DNA of 63,612 bases from Alphaproteobacteria bacterium (GTDB lineage: Bacteria; Pseudomonadota; Alphaproteobacteria; CAAGCB01; CAG-977): positions 1 through 63,612 of the forward strand of contig JBJFAY010000098.1 in NCBI GenBank assembly GCA_051888155.1, given 5' to 3'. The notes under the pieces were generated by a model that was not told the origin of the DNA, searched no databases, and worked only from the letters and a program-made list of their open reading frames with translations. A program made the translations under genes and the position numbers. Below are positions 55,076 to 63,390 of this stretch, in pieces (the stretch's first letter is position 1; the number at the start of each line of letters is the position of its first letter).

Positions 55076-56216
55076 CTTTCATTAATGACTTTTTTGTCGT
55101 TGAAATAATTTTGTTTTTCCACAAAACAACGTCTTTTATCGCCAGCTTTTGTTGCGCCGTGATGAATGATTCCATAAAATGATAGTCAATGCTTTTATCG
55201 TCTATAACAGGAAGCCATAGGAGATCTTTTTTTATTTTTTCTTTTGAAATTGAATCTCCCCATGAATATTTATCATGAAGGCTTTTATATAGAGCCGACA
55301 CTAAAAATAAGAAATGTTTATATGTTTTATTTATTTCTATTTTTAATGATAACGATAAATTGTGACTGTCGTTTGAAAAATAATTTTTTTCTTGATATGT
55401 GATAACCATTGACTTCCCTGCAATCATAATGGAATTTCCTTTTTCTAAAAAAGATTTATCATACGAAATATATGTAAGAATAGAATTGTTTGTTTCTCCG
55501 GCTGTTACATAAGGATAATTTCCACTATTCGGTACAATTTGATTTTTTAAGATACTATGAGTGTTTTTAACTGAAAAAATTCCATTTTCACCTGTTATTT
55601 TAAATTCTTTAAACCGGATTTTTCCGTTTTTAAAATCGTCCAGCGCTGTTTGTTCGGCAGCTGTTAAATCGTAATCTTCCAATCCGGCGGCGCGCAGGTA
55701 TGTTGCAAGCTCGCTGACGCACGCTTGTTCAAGCTCGCAAATATAGTGTTCCATATAATCGAAAGCGAGGGATTTATTTAAAGTTGGTAAAATGATTTCA
55801 TGTTTGGCCAATTCGTTTAGCTTATATCCACTCTGTTGGCCATTATATTTAGAAATAAATTTTTGAATATGAGTTACTAAATAAAGAGCAATAAATCTGT
55901 TAATTTCAAAATTAGGTTTTAATACGTTGATGTTTTGAGAACAATAATATTCGCTTTCTTGAAATTTGGCATATTTGTAGTTTCCTATGACAGTCGCTGT
56001 AATTGTATTTTTTTCATTCGGATTAAAATCTTGAAGAGAAATTTTTCCTTTAATCCCGTTATTATCATCAACTCTTCCAACAAAGTTAATCCCCTTTTCA
56101 GTAAAAGTTAGTTTGCCTTCATCTAGAGATTTACTTCCTTTAATCTGGAATAATTGTGCATGTTCCAGTGTGTATTTTTCCCATTTGCCCCCGTTGGATT
56201 CAAATTCTTTTTTCAA
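55050..56216 (-). CDS. Restriction-modification specificity subunit with two target-recognition domains (HsdS/BcgIB-like)
   Basis: Two similarly sized variable halves are separated by a helical spacer (YICELEQACVSELATYLRAAGLEDYDLTAAEQ) and followed by a C-terminal helical region. It lies 17 nt downstream of the methylase gene. Confidence 0.7.
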   Translation of the reverse strand: MKKEFESNGGKWEKYTLEHAQLFQIKGSKSLDEGKLTFTEKGINFVGRVDDNNGIKGKISLQDFNPNEKNTITATVIGNYKYAKFQESEYYCSQNINVLKPNFEINRFIALYLVTHIQKFISKYNGQQSGYKLNELAKHEIILPTLNKSLAFDYMEHYICELEQACVSELATYLRAAGLEDYDLTAAEQTALDDFKNGKIRFKEFKITGENGIFSVKNTHSILKNQIVPNSGNYPYVTAGETNNSILTYISYDKSFLEKGNSIMIAGKSMVITYQEKNYFSNDSHNLSLSLKIEINKTYKHFLFLVSALYKSLHDKYSWGDSISKEKIKKDLLWLPVIDDKSIDYHFMESFITAQQKLAIKDVVLWKNKIISTTKKSLMKAKISLSVG

Positions 56217-56233
56217 CTGTTCCAGACGAGGGC

Positions 56234-58243
56234 TTACAGAAAATTTTCAGGTGTTCCTTCTTCTTTTAAAATTGTTGACACTTTCCACGCCAGATAATCT
56301 GCGACTGTTTTCCTAAAATCGGATTCGGTCGGAATCGTGTCCACCTGTTTGTGCTGCGCGTATGTCCAATCGTCGCCGTTCAGGGAAATCGTGTCCTCTA
56401 TCACGCAATCGTCAAAATAATGTGTCGCCCTTTTGCGGTTTAAAACGATGTCGGCGACTTCGCGATAGCGGCCGGCGGCGTCGCCCGTGTTTTTTAAATT
56501 AACGTCCGCACTTGATTTTTTGCGGTTTTGGCGTGTATAGCCGTCGTTTGAAAAATCAATGCATTTCACCAGATTGTCCGCGCCGTGCGGAACGCCGACG
56601 TCGAAAACGTAAATTGCCGTCTGCACGCCCGCTTTACCGCAAAAGATGTCGCTCATGTGAATCGCGGCAACCAGCGTGTTGCGTTTCAATATTTCCTTTG
56701 TGTAGGGCAAACCGTTGCCGCTGCCGGCGTTTTCCTGAATCAAAATCGCGGCGCGTCCGCCCGACATGCGGCTTAACGCGCGTTCAACGAAAACAAACCC
56801 TTTTCCTTTGGCGGAATAGGGCGGATTTAAAAGGAACACATCGGCGGGAAACGGCGTGTCTTTTTGCGTTCCCTGTTCGTAATTGCCGTTAAATTCGGTC
56901 AGGGAATCCTTGTGCAGAATGTTGCACGACCCGTCCCCCATCAAAATCATGTTCAAAACCGCCAACATATAAATGTCGGCGCGCAATTCAACGCCAAGCA
57001 GCTGAAAATACTTGATGTGTGCGATTTTTTCGGCGCGTTCCCGCGGGCTGGTGATCGTTTTTTCCGCGTCGTCAATCATTTGCTTCATTGCGGAAATCAA
57101 AAATCCCGCGCTGCCCGTCGCATAGTCCCAAACATAGCTGTCCTTGTTGACTTTGCACAGTTTCGCCATAAATTCGCAGACATAGCGCGGGGTCAGCACG
57201 ACGTCGTTTTTATCGCCGTCCGGAATATCCACCCATTCGTTCAACACATTGAACAATCTGCCCGTAAAATCCAAATGCCGCGCGGACGTGAAAATCGGCA
57301 TGATGTCGTTTTTAATGACGGTGTAAACGGTTTTTATCGCGCTTTCGCCATTTTTAGGCTTGTAAATCTGCGAATAAATGAACACTTGCGACAAATCGGA
57401 AACGATCAGTTCCCGTTTTTCCTTGGGCAGATTCTTTTCGTTTAAAAAGTCGGCTATTTTGTTGACGACGATCTTTCCGTCGTTTGAATTTTCCCCCGTG
57501 TCGCCCTTTAAATCCGTTATTTCCAACGGGGAAACCCTGCCGTCGACGCCCAAAGCCGCCATAATCAGCCCCGCCACCAGCTGAACGCGCGATCCGACGG
57601 ATATTTTCAATTCGTCGTGCATTTTTTGGTTTAACGCTTTCAGCTTGATTTCGATCTGATTTTCATAATCTTTGGCTTTCGCTTCTTTTTCCTCTTCGGT
57701 TAAAGAAAGCGCGTCGATTTTCTGAACGAAGCTTTCAAAGTTTTCCGGATACAGAAAACTTAAATCGCTGTAATCGCCGACTTTTTTCGGAATACAAAAA
57801 TTGTTCGCCGAAACGTAATAAACGCCCAGTTCCGTTTTGATTTCGCCCGCGTCTTCGTACCCGTTCACGCCGACGGCGACGGATTCCTTGTACGACATTG
57901 TGTTTTTCACAATCGCGTCGGCGTAATGAACCGCCCCGTTCACCGCGTATTTTTGAATGTTGGACGGTTTTGAATTGTCGATTTCTCCGTTCGGCGCGGT
58001 TTTGATCAAAGATCCCTTAGTTCCTTTGACTTCAATCATCACGGGGATTTTGCGGTTGGTCTTCGTCGTCAGAAACAATTTGATGTCGGGATAGTTGTTT
58101 CCTTTTCCGCCGCTTTTGGACGGGGCGTTTTTCAACGCGTCGTCAATTTCGGCGTTAATATTTTCGGTTTTGGTAAACGTCCGGCATTTTTTCAGCTGTT
58201 CCTTGGCAATGTTTTCGATTTTTTCTTCGATACTGGGCATCAA
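56234..58243 (-). CDS. BcgIA-like bifunctional restriction endonuclease / N6-adenine DNA methyltransferase (type IIB candidate)
   Basis: N-terminal PD...(E)xK-like motif (YPDIKLF...IEVKG), methyltransferase motif I (DYATGSAGFL) and motif IV (NPPY). Confidence 0.65.
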   Translation of the reverse strand: MMPSIEEKIENIAKEQLKKCRTFTKTENINAEIDDALKNAPSKSGGKGNNYPDIKLFLTTKTNRKIPVMIEVKGTKGSLIKTAPNGEIDNSKPSNIQKYAVNGAVHYADAIVKNTMSYKESVAVGVNGYEDAGEIKTELGVYYVSANNFCIPKKVGDYSDLSFLYPENFESFVQKIDALSLTEEEKEAKAKDYENQIEIKLKALNQKMHDELKISVGSRVQLVAGLIMAALGVDGRVSPLEITDLKGDTGENSNDGKIVVNKIADFLNEKNLPKEKRELIVSDLSQVFIYSQIYKPKNGESAIKTVYTVIKNDIMPIFTSARHLDFTGRLFNVLNEWVDIPDGDKNDVVLTPRYVCEFMAKLCKVNKDSYVWDYATGSAGFLISAMKQMIDDAEKTITSPRERAEKIAHIKYFQLLGVELRADIYMLAVLNMILMGDGSCNILHKDSLTEFNGNYEQGTQKDTPFPADVFLLNPPYSAKGKGFVFVERALSRMSGGRAAILIQENAGSGNGLPYTKEILKRNTLVAAIHMSDIFCGKAGVQTAIYVFDVGVPHGADNLVKCIDFSNDGYTRQNRKKSSADVNLKNTGDAAGRYREVADIVLNRKRATHYFDDCVIEDTISLNGDDWTYAQHKQVDTIPTESDFRKTVADYLAWKVSTILKEEGTPENFL

Positions 58244-58259
58244 GTGTTTCCTTTAAACG

Positions 58260-58284
58260 AAAAAAGTCGCCTGATGAAGGCGAC
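58260..58284 (-). terminator. Intrinsic terminator in the 5' leader of the RM operon (or the end of an upstream minus-strand RNA)
   Basis: The minus strand reads GTCGCC-TTCATCA-GGCGAC-TTTTTT and ends 16 nt before the start codon. Confidence 0.5.
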
Positions 58285-58563
58285 CGGAAGTTGGAAACTA
58301 CTCTAATGAAATAGTGCGACATATTCGCATATGACAAAAGTGCCGCGGTCAACTAGTATTCCACGGTGTTTTGCATACACTTATTTTGTCGCCTTCCGGT
58401 CGTTTGAACCAGAAGGCGTGCAAAATTATCGTCTTTACACAAGACGCATTAGAGGGGTTTCCACACCCCGGAACATTCATCAGATGTTCCGGTTAAAGGA
58501 TAAAACCCAACGGTTACAAATTTCTTACCGGCAGGGAAATTTTGACTGCTTTCAGATTCGGGC

Positions 58564-58591
58564 TTGAAAAAACGTCAAAATTGTCTATATT
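58564..58591 (+). promoter_or_regulatory. Candidate sigma-70 promoter for the ferredoxin gene
   Basis: TTGAAA-N16-TATATT about 40 nt upstream of the ATG. Confidence 0.4.
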
Positions 58592-58630
58592 GCTTTACGT
58601 CATACAAAACTAGTTTTGAGGAGATTTAAT

Positions 58631-58855
58631 ATGGCTTCTGTTGTTAATGATTCCTGCGTAAAGTGCCTGACCTGCGTTGACGTCTGCCCGGTCGGCGCGT
58701 TCGTCGAACTCGATACGCAGGTCGTCGTCAATCCCGACACCTGCATCGACTGCGGCGTATGCATTTCCGAATGTCCGCAGGGCGCTATCACCACCGAAGA
58801 TGAAGCTGATGAAAAATGGATTAAGTTTAACGCCGAAGAATCGCAGAAAGCTTAA
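58631..58855 (+). CDS. 2x[4Fe-4S] ferredoxin
   Basis: Two CxxCxxCxxxCP motifs (CVKCLTCVDVCP and CIDCGVCISECP). GAGGAG ribosome-binding site. Confidence 0.85.
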   Translation: MASVVNDSCVKCLTCVDVCPVGAFVELDTQVVVNPDTCIDCGVCISECPQGAITTEDEADEKWIKFNAEESQKA

Positions 58856-58868
58856 TTAAAAAAACAGA

Positions 58869-58897
58869 ACCCTCCGGCGCGCCGGAGGGTTTTTTTA
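58869..58897. terminator. Bidirectional intrinsic terminator
   Basis: Perfect palindrome ACCCTCCGGCG/CGCCGGAGGGT followed by T7. Confidence 0.75.
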
Positions 58898-58910
58898 TAT
58901 CCGGAAACAG

Positions 58911-59165
58911 TTATTTGCCGTTATCTTCGGCTTCTTTGATAATTTCCTTTAAATCAACGCCGATACATGAAGCAATCATAAATAAAGTCCGTAAAGTCGG
59001 ACTGTTCTGCTTTTTTTCCATTAAAGTAATCGCCGTACGGCTGATGCCGGTCTGTTCGGATATTTTCAGTTTTGTAATTTTCCGTTCCGCCCGCTTTGCG
59101 GCAAGGATTTCAACGACCTTTTCGGATAATGTTTCGGCATCTTCTCTGTTCATACCATTTAACAT
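58911..59165 (-). CDS. XRE-family HTH transcriptional regulator
   Basis: ITKLKISEQTGISRTAITLMEKKQNSPTLRTLFMIASCIGVDL. Confidence 0.75.
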   Translation of the reverse strand: MLNGMNREDAETLSEKVVEILAAKRAERKITKLKISEQTGISRTAITLMEKKQNSPTLRTLFMIASCIGVDLKEIIKEAEDNGK

Positions 59166-59171
59166 TATTTA

Positions 59172-59208
59172 TTGACGGCGCGATTTAAATGTAATTATAA
59201 TTACATTT
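59172..59208 (+). promoter_or_regulatory. Near-consensus promoter TTGACG-N18-TATAAT overlapped by a perfect 22-bp palindrome (candidate XRE operator)
   Basis: TTGACG at 59172-59177 and TATAAT at 59196-59201. The palindrome AAATGTAATTA|TAATTACATTT spans 59187-59208. Confidence 0.5.
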
Positions 59209-59455
59209 GTGCCGGCAAAGTGAAAAAGCATCTGCCAAAACGGTTAGGAAAAACAACTTTTCCAAAGAAATAATTTACAGGGACAAACGAAATGGATCGC
59301 AATCTTATTGATAATTTTATTCTGATAAAAAGAATCTATCTGTTCGGATTGCCGATTATAAAAGTATGTATTGAAAAATATAAAACAAAATATTTTCTGT
59401 TTAATATTATTCCTTTTTTTGAAATCAGCGTAAAAAATATTGATTCTAAAATAAA

Positions 59456-60463
59456 ATGACAACAATTCCTGAAATTTCAGTTATCATTCCCGTTTACAAT
59501 GTTGAAAAATTCCTGCCGCAAGCTTTGGATTCGTTGTTGTCGCAAACATTTTCGGATTTCGAAGGCGTCTGCGTTGACGACGGCAGCTCTGACAAAAGTG
59601 CGGAAATATTGGCCGCTTATGCCGGCAAAGACAGCCGTCTGCGGGTAATCAGCCAGAAAAATCAAGGCGTTTCGGCGGCCAGAAATACGGCGCTTGACGC
59701 CGCGCGGGGGAATTATATTGTTTTTCTGGATCCCGATGATTTGATTCATATTCGGTTTTTGGAAATTATGCTGGAAAAAATAAAGCGGACGAAAGCAGAT
59801 TTCGTCTGGTGTGACACGGTCAGGATCAGCGGCGGGGGCGCCGACGTCAACGCGCCGCTTTCCAATCAATGGCGCAGCTTTTTTATCTCTGAGCCGTTGG
59901 AAAAATTTGTCCTGCAAGAACAACCCTGTCTTAAAGCGGCGTTGTGGGATAAGATTTTCAAAGCTGAATTGTTTAATCATCTGCGCTTTGAAACGAACGT
60001 TTATGTCGCGGAAGATTTTATTTTGATGCTTTCGCTGCTGCGCAAAGCCGGAAATGCCGTTTATATCAATGCCGCGCTGAAATATTACCGGATCCATGAA
60101 AACAGTCTGATGCACTCCGGGCTGACGGAAAAATATGTTGACGGGCATATAACGGCATATTTTCTGTTAAAAGCGCGCTGCGCGGATTTGCCTTTATCCG
60201 AAAAAGCCGGGAAGAAACTGGCTTGCCGGCTGACAAAAATGTTGTATCGCGCCTGCGTTTGTTCACCGTATAAAAAGGCGCGTCAAAACAAAATTGTTTT
60301 TCAATTTTGGGAAAAATACAGCGCCGTATTAACGCAAATGGTGCTGAAAAAAGAATTGGATATTTCTTTACTGGATTTTAAAAAACGCTGTTTAATGCGC
60401 CTTTTTTTACTGAAGAAATTTAAACTGTTAAACTTTTTCCTGAAAATTCAGAGCCTGAAATGA
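59456..60463 (+). CDS. Family 2 glycosyltransferase
   Basis: ISVIIPVYNVEKFL...VDDGSSD...LDPDD. Confidence 0.8.
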   Translation: MTTIPEISVIIPVYNVEKFLPQALDSLLSQTFSDFEGVCVDDGSSDKSAEILAAYAGKDSRLRVISQKNQGVSAARNTALDAARGNYIVFLDPDDLIHIRFLEIMLEKIKRTKADFVWCDTVRISGGGADVNAPLSNQWRSFFISEPLEKFVLQEQPCLKAALWDKIFKAELFNHLRFETNVYVAEDFILMLSLLRKAGNAVYINAALKYYRIHENSLMHSGLTEKYVDGHITAYFLLKARCADLPLSEKAGKKLACRLTKMLYRACVCSPYKKARQNKIVFQFWEKYSAVLTQMVLKKELDISLLDFKKRCLMRLFLLKKFKLLNFFLKIQSLK

Positions 60464-61290
60464 CTAAAGTTTCCGTTTTAATGCCGATCTATAATACGAA
60501 TCCGCTTTATTTAAAAACGGCGGTCGAATCTGTTTTAAACCAACCGTTGACGGATTTTGAATTACTGATTTTAAATGATTCCCCGGATAACCGGGAATTG
60601 AAAAATATTATTGCCGGTTATAACGACAGCCGTATCGTTTATATGGAAAACGATCGCAATATCGGTATTTCGGCCAGCCGCAACAAATTATTAAAAGCTG
60701 CCGGCGCACAATATATCGCCATTATGGATCATGATGATATTTCTCTGCCCGGCCGGCTGGAAAAACAGGCTTTGTATCTGGACGCACACCCGGATACAGG
60801 AGTTACGGGCTGTAATATCAAAAGGATCGGCACAAAAATTGTTTCCGATTTTCCGATTGATAATAAATCCGTTAAATCCGCTTTACCGGACGGCTGCGTC
60901 ATCGCGCATACGGCGGCTATGATCCGCAAATCCGTTTTGACGGATAATAATATTTCATGGGAAGACGATTTTTCACCGTGCGAAGATTATATGCTGTGGG
61001 GCAGACTGGCCGGAAAAACACTGTTTCACAATCTGCCGGAAATATTGGTCGAGTATCGTTCTTATCCTGAAAATACATCGCACCGGCGAAATGAAAAAAT
61101 GGCCGAACAGACACTCAGGATACAATACCTGATAAAAAAAGAATATCCGTATCTGTCCGGCAGTTCTTTTCCCGTTGTCAGGTGGATTTACTTATTTTCT
61201 TTTATTCCGTTGATAAAAATAAAAAAACGCAAAAGAAGCATAAGCTTTTTTCTGTTTGGTTTTATTCCGGTATTCCGATACGGCGGTTAA
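60460..61290 (+). CDS. Family 2 glycosyltransferase
   Basis: VSVLMPIYN...LNDSPD...MDHDD. ATGA overlap with the previous glycosyltransferase gene. Confidence 0.8.
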   Translation: MTKVSVLMPIYNTNPLYLKTAVESVLNQPLTDFELLILNDSPDNRELKNIIAGYNDSRIVYMENDRNIGISASRNKLLKAAGAQYIAIMDHDDISLPGRLEKQALYLDAHPDTGVTGCNIKRIGTKIVSDFPIDNKSVKSALPDGCVIAHTAAMIRKSVLTDNNISWEDDFSPCEDYMLWGRLAGKTLFHNLPEILVEYRSYPENTSHRRNEKMAEQTLRIQYLIKKEYPYLSGSSFPVVRWIYLFSFIPLIKIKKRKRSISFFLFGFIPVFRYGG

Positions 61291-61299
61291 GCCGGCGTT

Positions 61300-61980
61300 T
61301 TAAAACCCGCCGGCACTGACGGCGGCGACCAGGCCGGAGGATTTTTCCGTTTCTTCCCGTTTTTCCGTATCGTTTTCGGAAGCGTCAAGATAGTTTCGCT
61401 GTTCGGCTTCATAGTTGTTTTCATCAAAAGCGTGCGCGGAACACCGGCAGCCGTATTCCGATCCCGGATTACCGCCGGCCGGCGGATCCGACCATTTAAA
61501 GACCTGTCCTTCGCGCGCGGCATGTTCGGGACGGACGCGGTCGTCTTCCTGCGTTTCCCAGACATAATAAACGGTTTTCGTCGGTGTATCGGCGTTTTCT
61601 GACAGTTTTTCAATAACTTGCGCCATAACGGATTGATTTTCCAACAACGCTTCAAAATGGGCTTTCATTTTTTCAACCAAAGCGTCATGTTCTGCGCCGC
61701 GGCCGTATAAGTAGTCGCCGCTGTTCAAAATTTCCCGATATTCCGCCGGGGACAACTGCCGGATTTCATCGGGCGAAAGAAGAATAACGACCTGCCCGGG
61801 ATCCAGAGAGAACAAATTCACCGCCGGATTTTTGGCAAAGATTTCCGTAACGGCCAGATTATTTTCCATTGCAATGGTAAAGACCGTTTCCCCTTGCTTA
61901 ACAACATGATTTTTTTCAATCAGATCCCGGCGCGGATAACGATTTAAAGAAGCTCTGTTTTCAAAAATTTCCTTTTCCAA
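61300..61980 (-). CDS. LysM + phage Mu-F/SPP1-gp7-like (MuF) domain segment; probably the 3' part of one gene with 61961..62524
   Basis: LysM segment (HVVKQGETVFTIAMENNLAVTEIFAKNP) and MuF signature (YVWETQEDDRVRPEHAAREGQVFKW...GCRC). The only start is a TTG without a ribosome-binding site. Confidence 0.6.
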   Translation of the reverse strand: MEKEIFENRASLNRYPRRDLIEKNHVVKQGETVFTIAMENNLAVTEIFAKNPAVNLFSLDPGQVVILLSPDEIRQLSPAEYREILNSGDYLYGRGAEHDALVEKMKAHFEALLENQSVMAQVIEKLSENADTPTKTVYYVWETQEDDRVRPEHAAREGQVFKWSDPPAGGNPGSEYGCRCSAHAFDENNYEAEQRNYLDASENDTEKREETEKSSGLVAAVSAGGF

Positions 61981-62524
61981 AGTTTTTTTTTAAATTGGCG
62001 CCGTATTTGTCGTACAGCTTTATTCCCAGTTGGACGGCATTGGCGTCTTTGTTTCTGTCGGAAAAAGTATCACTGATTGAATGACCTTTGGCCGCGTCAT
62101 GTATTTTTGCTCCCCAGTCTAAAGTTCTATCTTTAAAACCTGACATTCTTCCCGCATATCCGTAATGAATATTTGACCAGATGTCATAATCGTAAATATA
62201 TTTTTTGTCACCGGGCAGATATGTTCCGAAAACCGTCGCCGGCTTTTCCGGATTTACAGAAGATTTTTCCGTTTTGTGATAAAATGAAGTCGCATATTTT
62301 CTGATTGTCGGCTTATGATCCCATTTTCCGCCGGATCTGACTAAAGAAAAAAACTTTGGAAAACCGTAATAAACTGACCTTTCGTTTAAATTTTTAACAT
62401 CTTCATCTTTTTCTCTTAATTTCATTTCGTTATATATACCCGCGGAGATATTTTTATATGGGTCATTTTTCTTATTTAAATTGTCAAAACCTTGACTTTT
62501 CGTTCTTTTATTTGTATCATTCAT
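61961..62524 (-). CDS. WDxK / NxHYGYxG-motif domain resembling the polymorphic-toxin type 44 domain (tentative)
   Basis: GGKWDHKPTIRK...DIWSNIHYGYAGRMSGF. The ORF ends 19 nt after an A9 tract (61983-61991). Confidence 0.4.
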   Translation of the reverse strand: MNDTNKRTKSQGFDNLNKKNDPYKNISAGIYNEMKLREKDEDVKNLNERSVYYGFPKFFSLVRSGGKWDHKPTIRKYATSFYHKTEKSSVNPEKPATVFGTYLPGDKKYIYDYDIWSNIHYGYAGRMSGFKDRTLDWGAKIHDAAKGHSISDTFSDRNKDANAVQLGIKLYDKYGANLKKNFGKGNF

Positions 62525-62557
62525 CGTATTGTCCTTTCAGTGATAAGGGTGTTTTTT

Positions 62558-62842
62558 ATGACAAAAAAAGAATTATTATTAAAAATTTTAAAAATAATAA
62601 TTATTTATTCTTATCTTTCCTCTTTGTGTTGCTTCTATTTGATTGTTTTTATGATAGGATTTGAAGGAGAGCTCTTTACTGTAACTCAATTTTATTTAAT
62701 CTTATATGGTGTTCCTCTATCCGCTTCGATTTGTTTTTGGTTTTATCGCAAAAAAATATGCCGTTATTTATTTTGGTTCATCATGACTCTTTCGTTTCCT
62801 TTCGCTCTGCTGTATTTGTTAGGAGAACTTTCCATTATATAA
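62558..62842 (+). CDS. Small 3-TM membrane protein, array copy 1
   Basis: MTKKELLLKILK..., three hydrophobic helices and a basic loop FYRKKICR. Confidence 0.6.
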   Translation: MTKKELLLKILKIIIIYSYLSSLCCFYLIVFMIGFEGELFTVTQFYLILYGVPLSASICFWFYRKKICRYLFWFIMTLSFPFALLYLLGELSII

Positions 62843-62974
62843 CATAACGTGATTAGATGTGCAAGATAAAAAAGGGGCTGATTTTTTAGCAATAGAGGTA
62901 AAAAATGATAACTTATTGATTTTTAACAGTTTTAATTTATTTTATCTTTCTTGGGAAGAATAGGAGGCGTTTTC

Positions 62975-63259
62975 ATGACAAAAAAAGAATTTCTATTAAG
63001 AATTTTAAAAACAGCTCTTATTGGTTACTATTTTTATGAATTATGCTATTTTTATTTAGCAGTTTTACTGATAGCTACAGGTAATGAAATTATTTCTGTA
63101 TTTCAAACGTGTTTAATCTTATATGGTACTCCTCCTTTTGCTTCGATTTGTTTTTGGTTTTATCGCAAAAAAATATGCCGTTATTTATTTTGGTTCATCA
63201 TGACTCTTTCGTTTCCTTTCGCTCTGCTGTATTTGTTAGGAGAACTTTCCATTATATAA
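62975..63259 (+). CDS. Small 3-TM membrane protein, array copy 2 (divergent N-terminal two-thirds, identical C-terminus)
   Basis: MTKKEFLLRILKTALIGYYF...ASICFWFYRKKICRYLFWFIMTLSFPFALLYLLGELSII. AGGAGG ribosome-binding site. Confidence 0.6.
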   Translation: MTKKEFLLRILKTALIGYYFYELCYFYLAVLLIATGNEIISVFQTCLILYGTPPFASICFWFYRKKICRYLFWFIMTLSFPFALLYLLGELSII

Positions 63260-63390
63260 CATAACGTGATTAGATGTGCAAGATAAAAAAGGGGCTGATT
63301 TTTTAGCAATAGAGGTAAAAAATGATAACTTATTGATTTTTAACAGTTTTAATTTATTTTATCTTTTTTGGGAAGAACGGGGGTATTTTC

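Noticed and set aside
58266-58492. Complementarity between hairpin loops UGAUGA (58272-58277) and UCAUCA (58477-58482), a possible kissing interaction
   Set aside because: A 6-nt match is easily expected by chance in a 390-bp region. I did not report it as a separate finding.
59477-60148. 223-codon minus-strand ORF
   Set aside because: It is antisense to a GT2 glycosyltransferase with canonical motifs, so it is a shadow ORF.
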